Source: Lama guanicoe
Lineage: Eukaryota
Assembly (NCBI GenBank): GCA_013239625.1
Contig: MU053881.1
Span: 7,523,957 to 7,587,956, forward strand
DNA length: 64,000 nt
Reading direction: 5' to 3'
The position numbers and the translations under genes are program-made. Numbering within the stretch: the stretch's first letter is position 1; each line of letters starts with the position of its first letter. Below the pieces are notes generated by a model, which was not told the DNA's origin, did no database searches, and was given only the letters and a program-made list of their open reading frames with translations. Shown one piece after another: positions 37,006 through 50,400 of the stretch.

Positions 37006-37769
37006 TGCTGAGAGGAACTACCAAAGGCCGTTTAGTGTCAGATTGTGAAGAGTGTTGAGTATTGGGCTAGAAGCTTGGTTTTACCCTGAAAACAGTGGGA
37101 GTGGGATTGAGGGTGAGGTGGACACTGAGGGCTTAGGAAAAGGGTAGAGGCAAGAAGGCAGTAGTATCGAAAGCAGGTTGAGGTGGTGGAGGTTGTGTAA
37201 GATCTACTGGAAAGGATCAACCCAGAGGCAGGCTGAGGCTTGCACGGAAGTCTGCCTTTAAGCCGTAAGGCAGAGAATAAGGATGATGGCAAGGCTGCTT
37301 CCTAGACTGACCACTGAAAACTGATACAGTGCGGCCTATGTCACAGTAGTTCCCACCTCTCTGATTTTGATGCTGTTCCCTCAGTAACCCCCTTCTCCAC
37401 CTGCTCATCCATATCCTGCTCATCCAGCAGGGCCCAGGACAAGTAATGTCTCCTCCATGAAATCTTGTCTGGCCCCTTCAGTCCACAGTGACCTCTCTCT
37501 TCTTTGAACTACTACCTTCCTTCAAACCAAACTTTCATTATTTGTTCTAAGTTTAACCTAAGTTAGCACTGTCTTATAAGTTACTGTTGAAGCTTATTAT
37601 AATTATATCTAGACAAGTGCTAGGAACCAACTCTGTACCACTGTGTTGTCTGATTTCTTAATTCTTAAGTTGTTGGTGGATTTCTCTTCTTCACCAACAT
37701 CTCTGAAAAGTTTCTTTTATCTATTTTTCCTCTTCTGATTAGACTAGTGTTTGACACTTAATAGTGATA

Positions 37770-38005
37770 ATTAAAACTCATTACTATATGTCAAGTGTTA
37801 TTTTAAGTGTTTTGCATCTATAACTCTCTAACCCTCATAGCAATCCTGAGAGGTAAGTCTTGTCAATATCCCCATTTTAGAGACAGGGAAACTGAGGCAC
37901 AAGAGGTTAAATAACTCGCTCAGATTTACACAGCTAATGAGTAGTAGAATCGCAGCGTTCCGAACTAGGCAACCTGACTCCACTACCACCCACTCAGTTT
38001 CTACC
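37770..38005 (-). mobile_element. MIR SINE
   Basis: atccccattttagagacagggaaactgaggcacaagaggttaaataactcgc...acacagctaatgagtag. Confidence 0.9.
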
Positions 38006-39790
38006 CTATTCAATAAGGAACCTCGGGGATTGATGGATGTATGAGTGAATGGATCCGGCAAATGACATGTTCAAGGCTTGTGACAGTGAGAAATTAGGTC
38101 CTCAGGGAAGGTATTCTCTGAATGTTTCCAAGGGAAGAAACTTTGCTACTGATCTCAAGTATTCCCACCGTGAATTTAATGTGTATGTATAAGGATTCTG
38201 CTGACCTCTGAGGTCCTGCCCAGTTCTTAAAGACGAAGAGACTGTAAAACCCTCTTTCACAAAGTGTATTGAGATTTGAGGAATTTCTACAAAGCATCTT
38301 TGATTGACTTAGAGGTACATTTAAATTTAAGCCACTAAACAAGTCACAAACCCTTTAAAGTGTTGTTCATCTTAATCTGTACCTTCACCTGCTCATAAAC
38401 CTCTCCAAATATTAGATAGGCTTGTAGGGTTTGGGATTCCTCTGGGGTGTAGTTAACTGAAAAAGACCAAGGAGAAAGCACAGCCCAGGGGTGTTTATCA
38501 TCAGTGCTCATCATGGTTTCCCACTTTCCTCTTCCTTATCAGACGTCAAAGGCAACATGGNNNNNNNNNNNNNNNNNNNNNNNNNNNNNNNNNNNNNNNN
38601 NNNNNNNNNNNNNNNNNNNNNNNNNNNNNNNNNNNNNNNNNNNNNNNNNNNNNNNNNNNNNNNNNNNNNNNNNNNNNNNNNNNNNNNNNNNNNNNNNNNN
38701 NNNNNNNNNNNNNNNNNNNNNNNNNNNNNNNNNNNNNNNNNNNNNNNNACATTTCTAAATATAGTGTGTGTGTGTGTTTAATGCAAGTTAGTGGTAATTC
38801 AGAAGGAAAACAGCAGTGTTTTTTTGTTTTTTTTCTGTCTCTGGGAATGGGATTAGCTGACCCTCCTCAGGCAGAGCTATGTGACTTTACATACTCGAGT
38901 TTTCTAGGCTGGTAAGCTTATCCTGTTATTCAGGGCACGAAACGTCAGCTTCTCCTCTCCGATACAAATCAGAGGATCTAAGATTCTTGTATTCAAACAC
39001 ATTTTCTTTATTTGCTTTCTTTTTATTTTCTTTTTCTTATAAAGATCGGAAAATAATTTTATTCTCTCAACAGCTGGTATCAGAACTTCTTATAATGAAA
39101 CATTGGCCTTTGTTGCAAAAATGCAGTGATAAATTCACTTCAGAGTTTCAGGGCCTTGGTATTATCATCTGGCATCCAGGTTTTGAGAGAAGAGAGGCTT
39201 TGCTGATAAATAGGGGAGATGGAATTTGAAATTTGGCTTTCCTAGGGGCATCCAGAGGGAGTGAACTTTAGTGTGAATGCTGTTAGGGAAGGAGAAGAGA
39301 GAGATGACTTCCAAAGTTGTCGATGCTAAGAAACAATGTGAGGGAGAGCAAAAAAGGCTAAAGACAAGTTTTAAGGTATTCTCTGCAGGATAATTAAGTT
39401 AAACAATCTCCCACTTCACCCCTCATCTCTCTCCTGAAATCTTATGATTTATTTGGGGGAAGAGGGAGTAAGTCATATGTTCATGTTGGTGACCAAAATG
39501 TTTTCATGCATTTGAGAGCCAGAGCTTAGGAGGAAAGCCATTGTCTAGGTTGCATTGTAGGGCTATTTAAGTTATTAATTTTTGTACAGCATACTCAGTT
39601 GGCTGCAGAGTTGATCTGATTCACTTAAGATAGCTAAACTTGTCAGAAGGCTATTAGTCAACTACGTTATCTTTAATTCTGCAATCTATTCAGGAGGAAG
39701 GAATTAAGGAGGAGCCAGCCATTTGTAAAAAGCCAGCTTTCCATGTACGAAGCATTTCACATATGCTTTTATCTTGTACGAATTGGTAAG

Positions 39791-40117
39791 GGTGTTAGTT
39801 TGCGAGGGCCGCCATAACGAATCCCACAGACTGAATGGCCTAAATAATACGAATATATTTTCTCTCCTTGGCTTGTAGATGGATGTCTTCTCCCTCTTCT
39901 TCGCAAGGTCTTTCCTCGGTCTGCGCTTCAGCGTTCCAGTCTCCTCTTCTTACAAGGATCCTCATTCTGTTGGATTAGAGCCCATTCATATGGCCTTGCT
40001 TTATCCAAATTGCCTCTTTTAAAAGGCCTATCTCCAGATATAGTCACATTCTAAGGTCCGGGGGGGGTTAGGGTTTGAACATACGAATTTTGAGAGGATA
40101 CAATCCAGCCCATAACA
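39791..40117 (-). mobile_element. MLT1A MaLR solo LTR with an internal deletion
   Basis: Perfect 5-bp TSD gtaag (39786-39790 / 40118-40122); gccgccataac...tccttggcttgtagatgg...caatccagcccataaca. Confidence 0.92.
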
Positions 40118-40699
40118 GTAAGGCATCTTCAGTTTGGGGAACTTTCTGCACACATGCACGCATATATACACAGATAACACCTACATCTGAAGACACACAT
40201 GTTTTTAGCTGCTACACAAAGACACACTTGCATCTTAGTGAAGTTTGAAGGACTTCAGCCATTGCTAGAGGCATGATGGCAGGGATATGCAGTAAATTCT
40301 ACCTAGTACAGCATGATGTCGCCCACCAGGAATGTTTCCTGCTCTGCAGCACTCTTTACAGTCACACTGGGGCTTCTTTCCCCATGTCTGTAAACTCTGA
40401 ATGATATTACTTTAAGTCATGCTGTACTTGGGAAACTCAGACCTTTACTTTGTGTCCTGCAAGAGCCAATGCTTTTTTGTTTGTTTCAACTCAAATCCTG
40501 GCTTTCTTTAGTGCTTCTACAATTGCTCAAGCATAACATTTCTTCTGGTCTCTACCAAGGAACAGGAACGCTAAATATCTCCAGCACGTCCACCTTTCCT
40601 AAGAAACCCATCAGCTTTGAAAGTGTCTAAGGATGTTTCTTTCCAGCTGCAGATGAAGAAGTTAGCAGTAGCATCAGAGTCCAGCTGTTGTTTGGATGT

Positions 40700-41297
40700 T
40701 ACCTCCTCCCTTCGTAGCCATGTGCTTGAAAAAATGGGGGGGGGTCTCCATTCTGGAGGAGCTTGTGTGAGTCATGTTTTATTTAAGATATATTTGATAA
40801 TTTTCATTCCTCTTGCTAACAATTGGTTTGAGCATGGAACCTTAGAGAAAGTCTGCTCAGTGGCTTCTGGGAGGAAGAGGAGTATATGGGAGACAACATC
40901 CCTCTGTTACTGGTTGTCATTTTGTCCGCTTTGATATTTGACATTGTTGCGGAAATCTTATGCCCATGAAGGGTATGCATCTATCTCAATACAATGGTAT
41001 CTTACAGGAGTGTTGAATCAACTAAGTTAAAATGCTTGTAAAACATTTAGAACATAATAGGCATTTCAACAAGTATTATTATAAATGTGAGGGACATTTT
41101 ATTAGCCATGTTGAAGATGGCAGAGCCTCTACCGTGATGGTTTTGCTGAGATGCTGCGTTAACTCTAACCCTAACTCTGTAGTCACCTACCACTGGGCAT
41201 CTTACTTTGTGAGATAGTCCGTACTCTCCTTACTACTGAAGATGCTTTCAGTTGAGACTTAACGTTACTTGCAACAAAAACCACCCATACTGGTACA
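40700..41297 (+). mobile_element. Old MaLR LTR (MLT1I/J/K-like), with a probable MIR piece at ~40980-41090
   Basis: gaaagtctgct...ggcttctggga...gaagatggcagagc...gttacttgcaac...atactggtaca. Confidence 0.55.
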
Positions 41298-41504
41298 TAT
41301 TGATAGACTCCACTGAGTGGAGGCATGGCGCACATCACCAGAAGCTTCCATTGTTTCCAGTGCTACTAAATGTGCTCAAGAAATTAGTCATTTGTTAAAG
41401 GATTAATTACACCTGATAGTCAAGGGCAATATTTTTCCCCTTCCAAGTTATTCATGCCAGGTACTCAGGGATTTCAAAAGCAATAGGCCTTGTGTTTCTT
41501 GGAT

Positions 41505-41710
41505 GCAGTAATATTGTAGTGAAAGGGGCTTGCAAGTTGTAGTTTCAAATAGTTGGGCTTAGGTACCTAATGTGCCACTACTGGTTCTGTCACCCTGGGC
41601 AATTTGCCTAATCTGTGTGTGTCTGAGTTTCTTTATATGTAGGATGGAAATAAATAATCTTCATGTCCCATGGTTACTGAGAGGGCTGAGTAAAATTACA
41701 CATGTAGCAA
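41505..41710 (+). mobile_element. MIR SINE
   Basis: tgccactactggttctgtcaccctgggcaatttgcctaatctgtgtgtgtctgagtttctttatatgtaggatgg. Confidence 0.75.
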
Positions 41711-42574
41711 TAATATTGAAGTTTTCCTCTGGACCACCATGCACTGTGCTAAAACATAGGCATGCTTTCTCCCATTCATGAATCTACCTAAAACTGTATT
41801 AAGCAATTCCTCAAAGCAGAGTTCCGTTTTAGTCACAGATGTTTAAACTACTCTGAATGAAGATCTTGGCGTTAGGGCTCTTGAGCATTGGAGTGATACT
41901 AGTTATAGAAGAGCCTCTTCGTAGTTATTGCCATTTGTGAAACATTTGGAAATGGACATTTGATTTTCAATAATGTGCTGAGAGAAATGATGAAAATTTC
42001 CTCTGACTTGACACAAAAGCCCTAAAATGGTGTTTCTCATTTCACTGTATCAGAAAGGCACTTACTTGATTTCGGTGTCCTTGAGAATGTTCCCAACCAA
42101 GTGCTGTAGATCAGAACGATTTGCATTGAACAGAGCCCTAACAGGCTGAAGGAATGCTTGCCAAGCACAACTCACCTGGGAAAAATGTGTGTCAAGGCAG
42201 GCTTTCTGTCGGATACCCGAGTAACTGGTGTGTTGTGAGTTCAGATGAAGTGAGTGAAGATGTTTCCATTATGTGGGTCAGTATTCCTCAAGATACTTAT
42301 AAAAAGAGTCCTGATTTCATGTTCTTTTCTTTAGGCAGAGAACAGTATGCTTCTTTTATATGCTCATAATGACGCATACTTTTTATGACTTAATTACCAG
42401 AAATCCCAGAGTTAAAATTTTGTGTTTAATAGTGGTAAGTAGTTTTAGGCTAGGGTTCTGGTCAAATTATATTCTCCTCCACCATTTCATGATTCTTCAC
42501 CCAGTGTCCTTCTTAAAATGTTGAGTGTATACTTTACAGTGAGCCACATTAAAGCTTTTTTGGAAGTGGATATT

Positions 42575-42810
42575 ATCTGTTCGTTCATTTGTTCATACAA
42601 TGATGCAGTAGATGTCTATGAGTGTTCATTACATGCTAGGCAGTGTGCTATTTGCAGAGAAGTCAGAGGCAAATGAGACCCTCTGCCTCTATTCCTGTGA
42701 TTCTCATAACCCACTGGGAATGGTAGGTACTTAATAATTTTACCAGTGATTTTTTAAAATTACTGAAAAGAAGACACAGAGGGTCCTAGGAGGATGTGAA
42801 CTAGAAACTG
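42575..42810 (-). mobile_element. L2 fragment
   Basis: ttcgttcatttgttcat...atgagtgttcattacatgctaggcagtgtgcta. Confidence 0.65.
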
Positions 42811-44237
42811 CAGGACTGCATGGTCCTCACATGCACATTCTGTAAAAAAGCCTCCTAACATTCCATGAATGTGAGTTGAGGAGATCATAAACTTTTTGGC
42901 TGATAACGTATAGACAGACTGAAGGAGATGCTTTAGACATAAAGAACTGGGTCCTCAGTATTATTTGTCATTTGAAAAAATTCATCCATATTCAGCTTAT
43001 GATTATCATCAACAAATATAATCTTCAAAATCCCCAAACCATAATATATACCCTAAAAATATTTACTTGGCATACATTTTCTCAACATCTGGATTCTGTT
43101 GTCATTATCACTTTCCCCTCTATCTCTGCTGATAACAGAGAATGAATTGTTAATTCCCACAGGAGGGCTCTACATCTTTCTACATTGTTTTGCAGCGTAT
43201 AATGCACCCAGCATGCAGGCCTGTTTTAAATAGACATTCGAGTTATTTCATTTGGAGATCATTTTTCTTGACCACTGAATCTTTGGAAATTTTGTGGGCA
43301 GAATCCGCCGCCAAGCAAGCATATTGACAGATGCATATGGGAAGTGGTCTAAGAATTTAGAAATCTAAAATTATCAAAGTTGGAAGGACTGAAGACGTGA
43401 TGAAGGCATACTCCCTCGTTTGTAGATAGGGAAACTGTGACCAGTGAGCAGAAGCGATATACCTAAGTGATGTATCTCCCCGTATATATCATATTCTTGG
43501 TAGGTCCATCATCACTCATGATAATTTTTACTCTAATTGTTGAACTGACAAAGGAGCAGCTGGGAGTGGGGAAATGGAGTTATGGACAAAGGCATTCAAA
43601 TAATATTAGGTTATCTGAGAAAGTTGCATTTGACTGCAATATTTAACTTCTTGTCAGAGAAGTTGCTTGCTCTTTATCCATATACAAACCAGCATGCAGT
43701 AGATTGAGTACAAATGTGAAAACAAAAACTACTTGTACCAGGAGATACAGTCTAGGAAAAGCCCAATAAATCACTTTTTTCATGTTTTGGTTTCAACTGG
43801 ATACACATGGTTAGAGCACAATTTATGTAGAGAAAACAAAGTATGATGTTATTTGTTTTGAGGAAGGATGGGTTCTCCAAATTCAAGGTAGTAAACTGAT
43901 TATTTCTTTTTCAAACAAAACCTATTTAGTCCAACTGGGGAACCTGCTGTTTCTCCCTACCCTTTGCAAAATTACTGTTTAAATGTAACCTAATGGAAAA
44001 AAATGTATTGTTTTGCATCAAGAACTTCTGTGGCCTTTTCTCTAACATGAAGTCAAGGTCATGAAGTGTTTGCCTCTTCCAGAACCTACTCTGAAATAAC
44101 TCAAGCTTCTGAAGCACAATGACTCTCTAAGATATCCTTCTAAGTATCATTTTAATTTTTTTAGTTGAAAAGGAAAAAAAATAGGCCACCATGATATGAA
44201 ATTTGCGCCAGGTAGTTTATTTTGATAGATGTTTTAG

Positions 44238-45055
44238 AGCGGTGGTTCTCATTGCTGGCTGAACGTTCGAATAATCTAGGGAGCCTTTAAAATAATATTA
44301 GTTCACAGACATTCTGATTTAATTAGTCACGAGTAGGGTTCGAATTACAGTGGACATGAGCTTCATGTACCGTCTTAGCTTATCTTAACCTCCTCCAACT
44401 TTCTGAGGCTCTTCTTGCCTCTCTGACCATGTTTCACTACTTTTATCTTTGCTAGACCCTTGCTGAACACACCCCCCCCACCACCTTTTCAACAGCCGCT
44501 TCCCCTGCCCTGACTGGGACTCAAGGTAAAACCCCAAGGGGCAGTAATATCGTGTCCCACATGCTGAGTTCCAGCTATTCCAAATCTTCTATTTATGTGG
44601 ATTTGAATAAAATGCCACACCTCAGGGCATGGAATATGATTTCTTGAGAGTAGCCACGGGCTAGATGATGCAGGAGAGGCAGCTCACCATGAGGCAAACC
44701 TTGGCTAATTGAGAAGTGAGAGACAGAGGGGATCCCTCTTTCTGTCTTCTGTGGACTGCTCTGCGATGTGTCTGCTCCTTGCATATCTGGGGAAGTCCTG
44801 TTGAGCAACTGCTCTGTCTGGTCAGTACTTTTGTGAAGGGCTGGCATCAAAGAAGTACTGCACAGCATTACTTTGTGACGCTCTTTGCCAACGTCTCTTA
44901 TTTCTTCGTCTTCACTGTCCTATGCTTGTACCACCCAAATTAAGTGTCATCATTTTAATCCTTGCCTCAGGCTCTGCTTCCTACAGAACCTGAATTAAGA
45001 CAGATTTTTTTTTAATTCCTCAAATAGTTCTATATAGCCAGAACTGAAAAGTGCT
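44238..45055. mobile_element. MER5-type hAT MITE split by an LTR
   Basis: agcggtggttctca...gaataatctagggagcctttaaaa...attctgatttaattag; resumes as atttttt...tcctcaaatagttcta...agccag after 45002. Confidence 0.65.
44348..45002 (+). mobile_element. Old ERV(L)-class solo LTR, family uncertain
   Basis: 3' end aatccttgcctcaggctctgcttcctacagaacctgaattaagaca is typical of LTR16/40/79-like elements. Confidence 0.65.
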
Positions 45056-45124
45056 TCCCTGAGAAAGATCTGAACTCTCATATTTTCAAGAAATGATGTA
45101 CATAGGAGTGGAGTTTTTCTTAAT

Positions 45125-45800
45125 GTTCCTTTTTATTAGATTTCAAAACAAGTATAGAATAGAATTTAAAACTCTCTTTGCCATTCCTTTTTCTCGCTAT
45201 TCCCTATCCACCCATTTTCTCAGAGTCCCAGCATTAATACTGTAAACATTTTAATGTGCTGCCTTGTGGAAATATATTTCATATATAGACATAGAGTTCC
45301 AGGGTTCTTTTATTTTTCACATGAACACGATCATCTATCCATTTTGTCTTGTAATAGCTTTTGTCACTTAACAGTATCAGAGATTGTCATAATACAAAGA
45401 GCCTTTTTATTATTTTGAATTGTGGTATAGTATTTCATAATGTGGATGTGTGGAATAATTTTCCCTTACCCTTACTAATAAGGATTTAGATTTCTCATAA
45501 CTTTTTAACATTAAAAACAATGTTGAATTGACTCATCTTTGAATGTGCATCTCTGTACACGTGTGAATATAATTCTCAAGAACCAATAGCTAGAACTGGA
45601 ATTATTGGGTTGAAAAGCATAGTTGCAGTAAATTTTGATAGATACTCCCAAAATACGCCCTTTAAAAATTTCAACCAAGAGTATATGAGAATTACAGTTT
45701 TTTCATATTTTTGCCAACACTGGCTACTATCAGTTTAAAAATTGTCAATTTAGGCACATAATGATATCCCATGGTTGTTTTAATTTATTAAACATAATTT
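45125..45800 (-). mobile_element. Old L1ME-type 3' fragment
   Basis: ttttgtcacttaacagtat...tagtatttcataatgtggatgtg...ctagaactggaattattgggttgaa...aattttgatagatact...gccaacactgg. Confidence 0.75.
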
Positions 45801-46934
45801 TTAATCTTTATTCTAAGCCTTTTTTGACCTTCCATCTCCAGTTTGGAAATTTTTATTAAAATTTATTAGAACAGGATGTCAGTAAAGTACAGTTGCTGAG
45901 AAGTTGGACTGTTCTTTATAACAATAGTCTTCTAAGGCAGGTCTAATTACTTCACACTCTCTCTAACATTGGGTCTTGTAATTTGGAGAGCTGAGCCATC
46001 CCAGCCCTCTCTCTGAAAGGAACCAGACCTGGGCATCAGACAAGATGATTGAAAAGGCTTTCTATTATTTGAATTGTTGGAAGAGGCCTTCACACCTGCC
46101 TGGCCTGCTCTCCAAATCCTCTGTTAAGTCTGACTCCACCCATCCAGTCTGAACAGAGGCAGAGCATGCTGAGAACTTTCCCCAAAGACAGATAAACATG
46201 CCAGGGAGTCTGCATCCAGAGAAGCCGTGCCAAGATTTCCCTGGCAAGTAAGCTTTAGGCAAAGCTGAAGTTGGCTTGCCAGTGTGAAATAGCCCAGCTT
46301 CTCAGTATGATTGGACCATGGTTGTAGCATGGATACAGAATGTGTGGTGAAAATGACCAGATGTGAGCTGCAGACCCCATACTAGTTCTACATCTCTCCT
46401 TTTTTGTACAATCGATATTTTTGTCCATTACCTTTCTCTAGGGGGAAAAACGAGTCAGGGTCCCTGTTCCTGAGGCATGGTCCTTATTCCTGAATTCTCC
46501 CAGGGCTACTGAGAAAATAGGTGTTGTTACGTCTAGTTGGAATTTATAATATGATTGATGAGATAAAACATTTTCATATACAATGACTCAAGAACACTTA
46601 AAAAAGCAATATATAATGAATTTGGTGTAAGTACTTCAGCACAGAAGGGAGCAATATGAGTAGTTAATTTGGACACAGTTCTAAGAGGCAATGTTTAGCA
46701 TTTTGGAGCGGAGAAAGTTGACTTCTTTCCATTCTTTCAACTTAATTTTCCATCCTTGCTTATCCTAGGTATCTCCTTCACAGTGACCAGAGATGGAAAG
46801 GCAGCCAGTACTCCAGACTGGCTCTGCTTCCCAATCCATTCTTTCAAAGAGAAGGACCAGGCCCTGTTCAGTGTGATAGCTTTTAGCTTCAACTACTTCT
46901 CTTCCCTTCCTCTGACAGATCCCCTTATCTTTGG

Positions 46935-47400
46935 GATTCAACTTAATTCAGCGTATTTATTGAGACACTCTTTACTGTCAAGGAGTTGTGCTAGGTGCTG
47001 GAAAACAGCAATGACAAAAAAAAAAAAAACTCTGCCAACAGTTTAAGGAAAGAGAGACCTATAGACAACTAGCTGTAAACAATATGATGAATGCTGCAGG
47101 GAGATTTAAATAAGAGTTGGTAGAAACATGTAGTGGGGCACCATTTATTTTGTACATGTTGAGTTCAAGCAACTTATGGGACATTTAGAAAAAGATAACC
47201 AGTAAGCCATTAGGTAGTTAGATCTAGGAATTAGGTGAATGGACTGAGATGATGATGGAAGTTTGGGATGCATCAACATGCAGTTTACTTGAAACTTTGG
47301 GATGAGATCACCCAGAGAGAAAAGGATGAGCGTGAAGAACAAATGTATGGAAAATATCCAGTTTTAACGAGTGAACAGAAGCAAAGCTAGTGACAAAGGG
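46935..47400 (-). mobile_element. L2 fragments
   Basis: attcagcgtatttattgag...tgtgctaggtgctggaaa...catgttgagttcaag...tttgggatgcatcaacatg...gatgagatcacccagagag. Confidence 0.75.
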
Positions 47401-47429
47401 AGGAAGCACAACCTTATCAAAATATTGTA

Positions 47430-50400
47430 ATCAGGGACTTATGTGTTTACTTAATGCAGAGTAAAAGTGACCCAGTTCACACTTCCACCTGAAACAACAA
47501 CAACAACACAGAAAAACATTGTAAAACGACAGTTTTTAAGATACTGGACACCAAGCAGCAAAACACAGTGATCCCCATGAGATAAGAAAAAAAATGAGGT
47601 TAGCCTTATAATTGCCCCAGCTTACTGCCTTGAGAGAATTTCTAGCCTGCAGGACAGAGGGAACCCTGGCAGTGCCTAGTGGACTCTGTGAATCAAAGAG
47701 ATGATATGGAGAAGCTGGGGAGACCAAGGCAGCTGGGATTCACAGGACAGAATACTGGAGAGAGAGAACTCCCCAGTAAGAGAACTTCACAGATCTGAAG
47801 ATGGTGCTCCTCAAGTATTCAGATGAGTACTGATTAGGGCTGACATGTGAGGAAACTACCCCAAACCAAGGAAAGAAGCATCTGAAATTAATAAAGGGAC
47901 ACTCCCTGAACTCATGTATGGAGGGGAAGGATTAGTGCTTGTTCTCACCAGCTGGAGTGGAAAGATCTTAGTATCGTAATTGGATATGAGGGATAATACA
48001 CAAAAGGGTTTTACTCTAGTAGCGTGGTAAAATTAACTCTACAGTAAATTCACCTAACAAAACTTAAAACCAAGACCAAAAGGATCGAACTCTGTCCAAG
48101 TCCCAGCATCCCAGAACAAAGCTCAAGAATCTTTAGCTCAAAGATATCCAATGGCCAAGAATGTAAAATTCACAATGTCTTCAATTCAACCAAAATGACC
48201 AGCTAATCAGTTGAAACTGTTTAAGAATTAAAACAGATGCTAACAATAGTAGACAAAGATATTAAAACATTATTATAACTATGTCTCATATGTTTGCAAA
48301 TCTAGAGGAAAGATTGAACATGTTCATTAGAGTCATGGAAAATATTTAAAAAGAGCCAACCCAAACTTTAGAGATGAAGACTACAGTGTTTGAGATGAAA
48401 ATACACTGGATGGGATTAATACCAGACTAGACATTGCAAAAGAAAATACCAGTGAACCTGAATACATAGAAATGATCCAAAATAAAATGCAGCAAAAAGA
48501 TTAAAAAAAAAAAAGAGTATCAGTGAGCTATAGGAAAAGTACAAGCAGCCTAACATACATGTACTTTAAGTCCCTAAAAGAGGTTGAGGGAACATTTTTA
48601 AAAAGAATTAATGACTGAAAATTTTCCAATTTTGATTAAAACTATAAAACCACAGATCATAAACCTTAATTAACCCCAAGCACAAAAAAATTTCGGAAAA
48701 CTACATTATAGCACACCATAATGAATTGCTTCAAACTAAGGATACAGTACCAAAAGAAGGTAGAGAAAGAAAAGCATGTTACATACAAAGAAACAATGAT
48801 ATAGGAGACAGCATATTTTTTCATTAGAAATGATTTAATCATGAAGGAAGTGGAATATCTCTAAATACTGAGAGGAGAAAAAAAAAAAAGAAAAGAAAAC
48901 CTATAAAGCCAGAATTGTATACTTAGTTAAAATATTTTTCAAGCTAAAAATGAAGCAAAGACATTTTTAGATATACAAAAGCAGAAAGAACTCATCACCA
49001 GAACACTTGCACCACAAAAAATGTTAAAGTAATGTTAGAGGAAATCGTTCAGACAGAATGAAAATGATTCCAGATGGAAAGTTCTACACAAAGGCATAAA
49101 GAACACCAGATATAGTAACTACATGGGTACGTGTATACCATTTTTCTCATTAAGTAAATGTCTCTAAAAGAAAATTGATTGTTTAAACAATGATAATATC
49201 AATGCATTCTGGGCCTTATTTCATAGGTATAGTTAAAATGTAGAATGAAAATAGCAAACAGCCTGAAAGGACAGAAATAAAGTATCATATTGTAAGGTCT
49301 TATACATAAAGTGTTATAACATCACTTGAAGTTAGATTTTAATAAGTTACAACTATATATTATAAACCTAAATCAACCAATTAAATAAGAAAACAATTAA
49401 AGCTAATAAACCAATAAAGAAGATAAAATGAAACCATAAAAATAATTAATGCTAAATAACACAGAAGAAGAAGTAAAAGAGAATAAATAACAAAGGAGAC
49501 AGATATAAAATAACCAGCAAGATGACAGACTTCAGCCTAACCATATCAGTAATAACATTAAATTTAAATGCTCTAAACATCCTATTTAAAAGTCAGAGAT
49601 CTTCAGGTTCAATAAAAAACAACTAGAGGTTGTCTACAAGAAACGCAGTTTAAAGACAAAAATAGATTAAAGGTGAAAGTTTGGGAAAGTTATTTTATGC
49701 TAACACTAATCAAAATAAGTTGAGTGACTCTATTAGCCTCAGGCAAAGTAGCAATCAGAGCAAGTGGTTTTACCAGAAATAAAAAGATCATTTCATTATG
49801 ATAAAGGATCCAGTTTATTGAGAGGACATAATAATCCTAATTAAATAAAACCCCTAGTAACAGAGCTTTAAAATACATGAAGAGGTGGAGGTAAGAGCTT
49901 AGTGGTAGAGCTCATGCTTAGCATGCATAAGGTCCTGGGTTCAATCCCTGGTACCTCCACTATAAATAAATAAATAAGTAAAAACCTAATTACCTCCCCC
50001 CCCAAAAAAAAATCAAAAATAAAATACATGAAGAAAAACTGATAGACCTATAAAGAGGGAAAAAAAAAACAATTACACCAAGAGAAATAGCTTCTTCTCA
50101 ATAATTGGTAGGACAAGCAGACAGGAAGCCATCAAGAATGTAGCAGACTTGAAGAAGCCTATCAATCATCTTGTCTTAGCTTACATTTATGAAATACTCC
50201 ACCCAACAGCTGTAAAATGCACATGCTTTACAAATACACACATAACATTTATCAAGATAGGCCATATTATAGGCCATAAAACAAGTTTCAGTAAATTTAA
50301 AAGAATTCAAGTCATACAAAGCATGTTTTCCGACCACAGTGAAATTAAACTGGAAATCAGTCATGGAAAGATATATAGAAAATCCTCAAATATTTAGAAA

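Noticed and set aside
38491-38781. ORFs spanning N-runs (also near 2.3, 13.2, 19, 50.7 and 60.6 kb)
   Set aside because: Their length is an artefact of untranslatable N codons.
46160-46285. Scattered p53/NFI half-site-like words and a 9-bp inverted repeat
   Set aside because: The half-sites are not correctly paired or spaced, and their number is within chance expectation.
49884-49960. tRNA-Ala-like cloverleaf
   Set aside because: It is a SINE head: degenerate stems, a SINE tail, poly(A) and a TSD.
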